64,000 nt of DNA, taken from Micavibrio sp. UBA6147. GTDB lineage: Bacteria > Pseudomonadota > Alphaproteobacteria > Micavibrionales > UBA1664. The number at the start of each line of letters is the position of its first letter. Positions within the stretch are counted from its first letter, which is position 1. Location: NCBI GenBank assembly GCA_002423185.1, contig DIUX01000001.1, positions 221,030 to 285,029 on the forward strand, in the 5' to 3' direction. The notes under the pieces were generated by a model. That model did no database searches, was not told the DNA's origin, and saw only the letters and a list, made by a program, of their open reading frames with translations. Shown here piece after piece: positions 10,087 through 17,231 of the stretch. The position numbers were made by a program, and so were the translations under genes.

Positions 10087-10506
10087 TTACTTCGGCCTGA
10101 AGGCTGCGAACGGATCGCGTTTTTTGAAGGCCATGGTCGGCTTTGCATCGGGCTTTTGACCGACTTTGCCGAGTCCTTGCTCGAACGTCTCAGTGAAGGA
10201 CGGGGCGTCACGGAACGAATTGGTTGCGCCGCTTGTGCTGCCTGGCTTTTGACCGGCTGCGGCTTGCTCGAGACCCGCTTTGCCGTATTGGTCGTAAATA
10301 TTGCGTTTTACAGGGTCTTGCAGGACTTCCCACGCAGCATTGATTTGCGCCATTTTCTTTGCGGCTTCGGCTTTTTCTGCGTCAGTTTTGTCGTGCTGCT
10401 GATCAGGGTGAGATTTCATCGCAAGTTTGCGATATTTTTTCTTGATGCTGTCGGCGTCTTCGCCTTTTTGTGCGCCAAGGGCATCATAATATTCTGTATC
10501 AGACAT
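10087..10506 (-). CDS. Small J-domain protein (139 aa) embedded in the paralogue array
   Basis: The N-terminal J domain is YYDALGAQKGEDADSIKKKYRKLAMKSHPDQQHD...AAWEVLQDPVKRNIYDQYG, with HPD present. It is followed by ~60 residues of Gly/Ser/Pro-rich sequence ending FKKRDPFAAFRPK. There is no zinc finger and no DnaJ C-terminal domains. Confidence 0.85.
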   Translation of the reverse strand: MSDTEYYDALGAQKGEDADSIKKKYRKLAMKSHPDQQHDKTDAEKAEAAKKMAQINAAWEVLQDPVKRNIYDQYGKAGLEQAAAGQKPGSTSGATNSFRDAPSFTETFEQGLGKVGQKPDAKPTMAFKKRDPFAAFRPK

Positions 10507-10642
10507 TTTTAATCCTACTCCCTTTGAAAATCGCCATTTGTTCTGATGTCTATTAATTACGGAAAATAAATAGTTATGTCAAGAAAAAATATAGTTTTTT
10601 AGTATGCAATAATTGCTTTTTTGTGAGCCTTGAATGAGCAAG

Positions 10643-11560
10643 CTATCGCGGTGTATTTTTCTTATCGCGCCGCCGCCGCACCGCACTTGCGCCTGTTTGC
10701 CCCAAGGCCAGAGCCCCGCCGCCGACCAACAGCGCCATCCAGCCAAGCATGTAATTGGAGCTGTAGTTATCAAAGCTGCGCGATAGGAGATCAAAATCTT
10801 TTTCATGCGCCGTTACTATGGGCGTCGTGCCAAGGCCATAGGTGTCGCTCGTGATTTGCGTTGCGGCCTGCCGCCACAGGGCGATGCCTTCTTGATAGTA
10901 AGTATATGTTTCCACAGGGTTCATCTCAAGCGGCACCGTCCGCCCGAAGCGCTGGATTTTGGTCGGCGTCAAATCGGCCGCTCCTTCGGGGCTTTGAATT
11001 CTGTACGCCACACTAAGGTCGGTTGAAACATAAGCGGGTGGGAAATTGTCGTTCAAAAAATTCTGTTCTTTTGCCCGCATGTCGTTTTCAAGATTGCTGA
11101 CGATCGAGGTTGCCAGACGTGCCGCAAGAGCGGGGTCATCAACGAATGTCCATCTTTCGTTGCTGTGGTCGATCATGTAAAACTGATACTGACCGTTTTG
11201 CACGACCAGCGCGTATTGCTGGCCGTTTTGTTCGAGAATGGATAGGCCATCGGACACTTGGCCTTGGCTGTCTTGGGCAATCACCGGCCTTTGGGTGTAA
11301 AGGCTCCGGTCGGCGGCGGGGTCTATATCCGTGATGAAGGCATAGCCAAAACTGCCCGTTGCGGCGAGAAAGACAAGCGCAGAATTCATATTAATAAATC
11401 CTTGCATGCCGCTTGTCCGGCTGTCCTTGCCGCGCAGGGTTGCATTGCGCCCCCAATGACCGAAAAATTCGCCAATCGGTTCGCCGACAGCCTTCGCAGC
11501 CTTTGAAAACTTGGCTTTCGGCGTGTGAAATTCAGGTTTGTCGGTGTGTTTGTCGGCCAT
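10643..11560 (-). CDS. Two-TM envelope protein, paralogue family member P2
   Basis: MADKHTDKPEFHT...; TM1 MNSALVFLAATGSFGYAFI; WTFVDDPALAARLA; LWRQAATQITSDTYG; TM2 MLGWMALLVGGGALALG; tail RRRRDKKNTPR. Confidence 0.8.
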   Translation of the reverse strand: MADKHTDKPEFHTPKAKFSKAAKAVGEPIGEFFGHWGRNATLRGKDSRTSGMQGFINMNSALVFLAATGSFGYAFITDIDPAADRSLYTQRPVIAQDSQGQVSDGLSILEQNGQQYALVVQNGQYQFYMIDHSNERWTFVDDPALAARLATSIVSNLENDMRAKEQNFLNDNFPPAYVSTDLSVAYRIQSPEGAADLTPTKIQRFGRTVPLEMNPVETYTYYQEGIALWRQAATQITSDTYGLGTTPIVTAHEKDFDLLSRSFDNYSSNYMLGWMALLVGGGALALGQTGASAVRRRRDKKNTPR

Positions 11561-11581
11561 TAAGAATTCTCACATTACGGG

Positions 11582-12445
11582 CTATGGGCGGTGTGTAGGG
11601 TCTTTGCGCCGTCTTGACACTTGTTGTGCCGTGCCGCCGATGGACAAAACCGTGGCAAGCCCCAACAGCCCGAGCCCGAGCCATTCACCGCCGGTTTTAT
11701 AAACGGTACCGACATTGCTCCAATAGCTGTAATCCGACGTGTATTCCAACAGGCCTGTTTGCGGCACGCCATAATTTTGGGGGGTGATGCCTTCTGCGGC
11801 GGATTGCCAAAAATCGCGGCTGCGCGTGAAATAGGCCGCCATTGTTTCGTTTTCGCGCTTGCTGCTGGTTAATTGACCACCCTCGCGGGCGATGACATCG
11901 TCTTGCGCGAATGGCACGGAAATATGGGTGGTATAATAAGTGCGGGGTAGGGGATTACCGTCGGCTTCAGGCAATGTTTCCTGCGCCAGTGAGGCATTAT
12001 ACGCCTCAACCGCCAATCGTGCATATTGGCGGGCTTGTTCGGGGGATTGAATCAATGTCCAATCGCCGCCGTTGGGGCCGCCGGAGCCGATGGTGTAGAC
12101 CTCAAACCGCCCGTCTTCACCGTGGATCAGGCCGAAATAAACGCCCTCAACCTTCGTTATCGCATAGCCGTTAATCAGGTTGAATTTCCCCGCGAGCTGG
12201 GTTTGCGCCGGCGGGTCAAGGTCGATTATTCCGCCGCCGATCAAGGATACGGGGACGAGTGCCACCGCCGAAAGGCCGGCAACGAAGACCATATTCCCGA
12301 AATCCTTGCCGCATGTAATATTGTTAATAAACTCGCCCGCGAAAACGGAGAGGGCGCCGCGCCCGTTTTTGTCTTCGCCGATTGTACGGTTGAGTTTTGC
12401 CGAAATCGTGTGGTTTTCGGGGTAATCCTGCGGTGATTCTGCCAT
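11582..12445 (-). CDS. Two-TM envelope protein, paralogue family member P3
   Basis: MAESPQDYPENHT...; KFNLINGYAITKVEGVYFGLIHGEDGRFEVYTI; WTLIQSPEQARQYA; FWQSAAEGITPQNYG; TM2 EWLGLGLLGLATVLSIGG; tail RRRKDPTHRP. Confidence 0.8.
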   Translation of the reverse strand: MAESPQDYPENHTISAKLNRTIGEDKNGRGALSVFAGEFINNITCGKDFGNMVFVAGLSAVALVPVSLIGGGIIDLDPPAQTQLAGKFNLINGYAITKVEGVYFGLIHGEDGRFEVYTIGSGGPNGGDWTLIQSPEQARQYARLAVEAYNASLAQETLPEADGNPLPRTYYTTHISVPFAQDDVIAREGGQLTSSKRENETMAAYFTRSRDFWQSAAEGITPQNYGVPQTGLLEYTSDYSYWSNVGTVYKTGGEWLGLGLLGLATVLSIGGTAQQVSRRRKDPTHRP

Positions 12446-12484
12446 GCTGTCCTCTTGGTTAATTCTGTCTTTTGTCTAAATTAA

Positions 12485-13375
12485 TTAGGGTTTGAAACCG
12501 CTGACGCGCCGCCGTGTTCGCGCGATTCCGCCAAGTCCGGCGAGCAAGGCCCATCCGGCAAGCCCGCCGCCCAACGCGGCCGAGCCGCCCTCGGTTACCT
12601 GACCCCAAAAATAATAATCATCGTTTAACTGTAACGGCTCGGCAGGGCCGTATGCGGCGGTGGCGGTAAGGCTGTCGATGGCCGTAGACCATAGCGCGGC
12701 AGTTTGTTCGGTATAGGATGTGAATTGTGACGGCGGAAGGTCAACCGGCACGATATCCATATCGACATAGACGGAAGTATCGTCAATTGTACCCGCGTTA
12801 TCATCACTTACATTGCGATACGCTACCGACATTTGCGGTGCGTAATAGGCACCAATTCCATATTGGGTTGTGCCGTCTTCGTTTGTTTTTATGTGGCTTT
12901 GTTCCGCAACGCTGGTCAGCAGGTAGTCGCGTACCATGGTGGCGTAGGATTTGGCTTGGTCGGGGTCGGATACCAAGCGCCATTCATCGAGCAAATCGCT
13001 GGTGGCGTTTGTCACCAGATAAACGCCAAAGCGGTCTTCACCGTTTGTTCTTTCACGGATCAGGGCGATTTTTTCCCCTTGAACCTCGATCACGGAGTAG
13101 CCGTTAATCAGGTTGAATTTGCCGGTGACGTTCCCATTCGCGGGTATGTTCAAATCCGTTAATCCGGCGTAGCCAATGCCGCCCACAATTGTTGCCGCAG
13201 CCAGCAAAGCGCCGCGCCCGAAAAATGTTTCGCCGTCACTGCCGACAAAGCTTGATGTGGCTTCGCTGAAGAATATCCCAAGGCCGGAACGTCCGTTGCG
13301 GTCGCGCCCGAAGACACGGTCAAACCGCGCGGAGAATGTTCTTTGGCTGGGGTGGTCTTGATTACGGTCTGCCAT
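12485..13375 (-). CDS. Two-TM envelope protein, paralogue family member P4
   Basis: The start is set at MADRNQDHPSQRT. The ORF-track extension would overlap P5. Blocks: KFNLINGYSVIEVQGEKIALIRERTNGEDRFGVYLV; WRLVSDPDQAKSYA; LWSTAIDSLTATAAYG; TM2 GGGLAGWALLAGLGG; tail RTRRR. Confidence 0.8.
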   Translation of the reverse strand: MADRNQDHPSQRTFSARFDRVFGRDRNGRSGLGIFFSEATSSFVGSDGETFFGRGALLAAATIVGGIGYAGLTDLNIPANGNVTGKFNLINGYSVIEVQGEKIALIRERTNGEDRFGVYLVTNATSDLLDEWRLVSDPDQAKSYATMVRDYLLTSVAEQSHIKTNEDGTTQYGIGAYYAPQMSVAYRNVSDDNAGTIDDTSVYVDMDIVPVDLPPSQFTSYTEQTAALWSTAIDSLTATAAYGPAEPLQLNDDYYFWGQVTEGGSAALGGGLAGWALLAGLGGIARTRRRVSGFKP

Positions 13376-13379
13376 GGTT

Positions 13380-14234
13380 CTATCGTCCGTTTTTGGTTGA
13401 TGTGTTACGCCCCGCACGGCGGCGCAGGCCGGAAATGCCGGCTCCTGCCGCGCCGAGGCCAAGCCAAGCGGCAAAGGTCACCATCGCGGCATCGCCGATA
13501 AGGTCAAAGGCGGATTGTGTGCCGCTGTCGTCCGGCGCGACATAGCGCGTGACACGGTCGGCGGCGGGGCCATAGGTTTCGGGCGTCATCTGCGCCGCTG
13601 TGCTTTGCCAAAAACTCTGTGTTTGCTGGTACAGGGTGGTGATTTGAGAGGCGCTCTTGTCTGTAACCTCGGTGCATCCCGAATAATGGCGGATTGTTGC
13701 GTTGCTCGGGGTTAACATCGGATTTTCGATGGTGGAGCACGCCATGAAGTCTGAGGAGTAACGGCTGTCCGCATTCAGGTTAAATCCCGCGATCTGGCGT
13801 TCGTATCGGGCGCTGACTTCCTCAACAATCTGGCGGGCGAGGGCGTAATCACGCACGATTTCAATGCGGCGGCGCTCGTCATTCCATTGGTACAGCTCGG
13901 TGCGTCCTTCATCGCGGATCAACATGAAATGTGTTTCGGTATGCTTGGTAAAGCTGTAGGTGCGGTTCATGAACCCCTTGCCGGAAATGTCATAATCCGT
14001 ACCGGCGTTGGTTATGCCGCCCACCGGCTCGTCTTGAAACATGTATAATCCGCCGCCAATGATGCCTGCGCTGCCCGTTGCCAATGTTGCGGCAAGCGCT
14101 ATACCGCCGACCCCCTTGCCAAAACTCAGCGTTTTGAAATAGGCGTGCAGGGCGTTTTCGGCCGTATCAATTGTTCGCACAGCCTTGGCGGACAGGCTGT
14201 TGAATTCGGGGGTGTCGCGCCGGTTGTCTGCCAT
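13380..14234 (-). CDS. Two-TM envelope protein, paralogue family member P5
   Basis: The start is set at MADNRRDTPEFNS, 2 nt after the P6 stop. Blocks: FMLIRDEGRTELYQW; two Cys in CSTIENPMLTPSNATIRHYSGC; FWQSTAAQMTPETYGP; TM2 MVTFAAWLGLGAAGAG; tail RRRAGR. Confidence 0.8.
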   Translation of the reverse strand: MADNRRDTPEFNSLSAKAVRTIDTAENALHAYFKTLSFGKGVGGIALAATLATGSAGIIGGGLYMFQDEPVGGITNAGTDYDISGKGFMNRTYSFTKHTETHFMLIRDEGRTELYQWNDERRRIEIVRDYALARQIVEEVSARYERQIAGFNLNADSRYSSDFMACSTIENPMLTPSNATIRHYSGCTEVTDKSASQITTLYQQTQSFWQSTAAQMTPETYGPAADRVTRYVAPDDSGTQSAFDLIGDAAMVTFAAWLGLGAAGAGISGLRRRAGRNTSTKNGR

Positions 14235-14236
14235 GT

Positions 14237-15070
14237 CTAGAGCCTTTTTGTCGGGGCTTGTCTGGCGCGGCGGCGCATTCCCGCCACACCCGCACCAATA
14301 CCGGCAAACCCAGCCCATCCAGCAAGGCCGCCCAACGCAAAGCCCGTGACGTATTCAAGGATGGATGCGTCGGTTTCGGGACGTACTACGTTCGGCACGT
14401 CGCCTGCGGGGCCGTAATTATCGGCGGTCATGGATTCAAGGGCGCCGTTCCAAAATGTTGCGGCGCGTTGGTAATGGGCGCGTGCGGAGCTTCCGTTGAC
14501 TTGAACCATTGGGCACGACCCTTCGTAACGCACGGTTTCGCCGTCAACCATCACGGGGTCGTAGATCGTATCGCATTGGTACATTTTGATCTTGAACGAA
14601 TCCGTCCGGTCAAAATCGAACGTGTTGAGGGTGTTTTGAGTCAAAGCCGCCATTTCGGAGATGATCTGGCGGGCGATGGCGGGGTCTTCGATCAATTCAT
14701 TGCGATTGCGCGAACGCACCCATTGATATAATTCGTATCGGCCTTCGTCGCGCAGCAAAAGATAGCCGACATCGCCCATGCTCTCGTAATTTTGGTAGGC
14801 ATAAGCGCGGTTCAAAAGCCCGTGACCCGACACGTCAAAATCGGCGGGCGGAAGGGGGGTGCCCGGAACCGTCACCAAAAAAGTGCCAAGCCCCAAAACC
14901 GTAGAGGCAGCGCCGATAATCGCGCCTCTTTTTACAAAGCCTCCAACCCCCTCATGCCCTGATAAGTGGTTGAAATAATCCCGTCCGGCATTTTGCGCAC
15001 CGTCAATGGCGCGTACGGTGCGGGCGGCGGCGGATCGGTATTCCGGTGAATCGTGCTTGTGGTCGGCCAT
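14237..15070 (-). CDS. Two-TM envelope protein, paralogue family member P6
   Basis: The start is set at MADHKHDSPEYRS (ATG; the ORF-track start is a TTG three codons upstream). Blocks: YLLLRDEGRYELYQW; LIEDPAIARQII; CDTIYDPVMVDGETVRYEGSC; FWNGALESMTADNYGP; TM2 GGLAGWAGFAGIGAG; tail RRRARQ. Confidence 0.8.
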   Translation of the reverse strand: MADHKHDSPEYRSAAARTVRAIDGAQNAGRDYFNHLSGHEGVGGFVKRGAIIGAASTVLGLGTFLVTVPGTPLPPADFDVSGHGLLNRAYAYQNYESMGDVGYLLLRDEGRYELYQWVRSRNRNELIEDPAIARQIISEMAALTQNTLNTFDFDRTDSFKIKMYQCDTIYDPVMVDGETVRYEGSCPMVQVNGSSARAHYQRAATFWNGALESMTADNYGPAGDVPNVVRPETDASILEYVTGFALGGLAGWAGFAGIGAGVAGMRRRARQAPTKRL

Positions 15071-15127
15071 AAGGTTCAATCCTGTCTTACTGTTTTAAAT
15101 CCATATTCATGCCGTAACCCCGTTATC

Positions 15128-16027
15128 TCAGGTCGGGCGCGGTTTTGAAATGCGGCGGCGTGTGGCACTGCTCGCCCCCGCTGCGGCGCCGAGTATCATT
15201 AATCCGCCGACCGCCCCTATGGCATAGGGGAGGACGCTCTCGGCTACGCCGATAATGCTGTGAACATCGTCGTTCAGACGGACAAGGTCATCGGGGCGCG
15301 TTTCAAACCCGTAATGACCGGCTGCAATACGGTCGGCGGCATCTTGCCACAACGCGCCGGAGCGCTCGATATAGGAGCGCAGCTCAAAAGCCTGAATCGG
15401 GGTGCTGGGTGTATGGATGCTCTCGCGGAAGATTTGCCCGTCATCTTCATACGCCTTTGTGATCTGGCTGTATTGAATGCGGTTTGGCGCGGCAAATTCC
15501 GCCATGCGGGTTTGGCCTTGGTCAAGCGCTGTGAGCGCGGTGGCATAGCTCGCGACCATACGGTTGGCGATATACAGAGCTTGATCGCGGTCTTCGACCA
15601 TGTCCCATAAATCAACTGAAATGTTGCTTTCACGGCTGGAGGATAAGAAGCGGTTATCGCTCGTGCGGGGGATGATGCGGTAAACGCGTGTGTCATCGCC
15701 GTTTCGCACGACCGCAAAACGATTGTCAATGTCTTGGCTGACCAGATAGCTTTGCTCGGTTGAAACTGGCTGATTTATTGATGTGTCCATGCCGACGTCT
15801 TCATGGGCGACGCCGCCGTAAATCAGGCTGCCGCCCACGGCAATACTGCCCAGTACTGTCCATTTAAACGCCGCGCCGAGGACGGTTTCGCCGAGGGCTT
15901 TTTTCGCAAACTCGCCTGCCCAAACGCGTGCGCCGTTTTGTCCGGTGCGTTGGTCTTCACCAAAGGCGCGCTTCATCCGGTTTGACGGAGTGCGATAGGA
16001 GGGTGTGTCTTTTTCGTTGTCGGCCAT
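15128..16027 (-). CDS. Two-TM envelope protein, paralogue family member P7
   Basis: The start is set at MADNEKDTPSYRT. The ORF-track extension covers a promoter-like element. Blocks: YLVSQDIDNRFAVVRNGDDTRVYRI; WDMVEDRDQALYIA; AEFAAP; LWQDAADRIAAGHYG; TM2 AIGAVGGLMILGAAAG; tail RRRISKPRPT. Confidence 0.8.
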   Translation of the reverse strand: MADNEKDTPSYRTPSNRMKRAFGEDQRTGQNGARVWAGEFAKKALGETVLGAAFKWTVLGSIAVGGSLIYGGVAHEDVGMDTSINQPVSTEQSYLVSQDIDNRFAVVRNGDDTRVYRIIPRTSDNRFLSSSRESNISVDLWDMVEDRDQALYIANRMVASYATALTALDQGQTRMAEFAAPNRIQYSQITKAYEDDGQIFRESIHTPSTPIQAFELRSYIERSGALWQDAADRIAAGHYGFETRPDDLVRLNDDVHSIIGVAESVLPYAIGAVGGLMILGAAAGASSATRRRISKPRPT

Positions 16028-16069
16028 TTTTCGTCCATTAAAGGGAATGCTATCAGGCTCAATGTAATT

Positions 16070-16099
16070 TACATAAACAATGGGCGCTGTTTTTGTCAA
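16070..16099 (-). promoter_or_regulatory. Candidate sigma70-like promoter for P7 and the downstream paralogues
   Basis: The minus strand reads TTGACA-N18-TATGTA about 40 nt upstream of the P7 ATG, inside the 178-nt gap between P8 and P7. Only the -35 is consensus. Confidence 0.3.
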
Positions 16100-16205
16100 C
16101 TTTTATTTTATGAAAAACAATGTGTGAGCCGCCTCGCCTTGAGCGAGAGCCGAAGGGCAAAATAACCGCAGAGTCTGCGCATTAAGGAAGACCTAATAAT
16201 GGGAT

Positions 16206-17030
16206 CTATCGCGGGGTTTTTGAGTCGCGTCTTCGTCTGTTGGCGTTGGTGTAGGACACGCCCGCCATACCGGCTGTGCCGGCCATCCATAACCCAAGCA
16301 ATGCAAAGGATAGTTCCGCCGATTCATCGAAAAAATAGCCGATCTGGGTTTGCTGCTGCAAGGTCGTAATCTCACCACTTTGCGGGCCATAGCGTGTGGG
16401 ATTGGCTTCAAGCGCCGCGAATGCTTCATCCCACAGCGCGAGTTCCTGCGCCTGATGTTCTTCGAATTGGTGTCCGGCAACGCGGGTATGGGGGCAGCCG
16501 TCCTTATATCGTTCGATTCCGCCGCCATAGGCGAACGGCACTGTCACATACTCGCATGTGGCCGTATTGGTGAATTGCTCCTCAATCGGGTTAATAGAGG
16601 CGATATTGGCGCGAAAATTATCAATGCTGGCTTGAAGTCTGTCGCGGTTTTGCTGGATGATTTCTTTGGCTCTTACGGGGTCGCTGACCAATAGTAAACG
16701 TGTATTATCGGTGGCGTGGCGTTCATAAACACGCGGGATGCCGCCTTGCTCAAGCAATAGATACCATTGCTCCCTGCCGTTTTCGTCCTCGAATCCTGTA
16801 TAGGAATAATCTTTATGCTGGTCGAAAATGCCGGTGAGCAAGTTTTCATCGGCTTGCGGTCTTGGCGTTTCAAGCAGGGCAGGCGTTGAAAACCCTAAAC
16901 CGATCAAAAGCGGCAGTGCCACCATCGGTGCCGCAAAGCGCCAATCATTATGTCCGGCCGTTACTGCGCGCTTAAAGTGTTTGCCATAGCTGTCGCGTTT
17001 TGAGGGGTCATCATGCGGTTTATCGGCCAT
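16206..17030 (-). CDS. Two-TM envelope protein, paralogue family member P8
   Basis: The start is set at MADKPHDDPSKRD. Blocks: TM1 FAAPMVALPLLIGLGF; WYLLLEQGGIPRVYE; LLLVSDPVRAKEII; CEYVTVPFAYGGGIERYKDGC; LWDEAFAALEANPTRYGP; TM2 LLGLWMAGTAGMAG; tail RRRRDSKTPR. Confidence 0.8.
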   Translation of the reverse strand: MADKPHDDPSKRDSYGKHFKRAVTAGHNDWRFAAPMVALPLLIGLGFSTPALLETPRPQADENLLTGIFDQHKDYSYTGFEDENGREQWYLLLEQGGIPRVYERHATDNTRLLLVSDPVRAKEIIQQNRDRLQASIDNFRANIASINPIEEQFTNTATCEYVTVPFAYGGGIERYKDGCPHTRVAGHQFEEHQAQELALWDEAFAALEANPTRYGPQSGEITTLQQQTQIGYFFDESAELSFALLGLWMAGTAGMAGVSYTNANRRRRDSKTPR

Positions 17031-17130
17031 ATCCCTGCGTCCTTTTTTCATATATCGCTATAGCTTCTGATAGCGAAGCACTATGGTAAATGCAAGCGAA
17101 AAGATTCTGGAAACGGCGTGTTTGGGAGCG

Positions 17131-17154
17131 ACGGGGTATGCCACGGGGTATGCT
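17131..17154. repeat. 12-nt tandem duplication in the uvrC-P8 spacer
   Basis: ACGGGGTATGCC (17131-17142) and ACGGGGTATGCT (17143-17154) are followed directly by a G-rich tract at 17157-17187 (G7, G4, G4, G3). Confidence 0.6.
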
Positions 17155-17210
17155 CTGGGGGGGCGGGGCGGTGGGGTTTGCGGTGGGATTGAAATCCTTA
17201 AGCTTGATGC

Positions 17211-17231
17211 CCTCAAGCCTCAAGCCTCAAG
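17211..17231. repeat. Heptanucleotide tandem repeat x3 overlapping the uvrC stop codon
   Basis: CCTCAAG CCTCAAG CCTCAAG on the plus strand. The uvrC TGA (17229-17227) lies in the third unit. Confidence 0.6.

Noticed and set aside
12485-13474. N-terminally extended versions of the paralogue ORFs as given in the ORF track. These also include 13380-14318, 15128-16099, 16206-17051 and 9047-10012.
   Set aside because: The extensions overlap the upstream paralogue or a promoter-like element. All eight proteins align from a shared MA(D/E)... start, which gives tight non-overlapping spacing.
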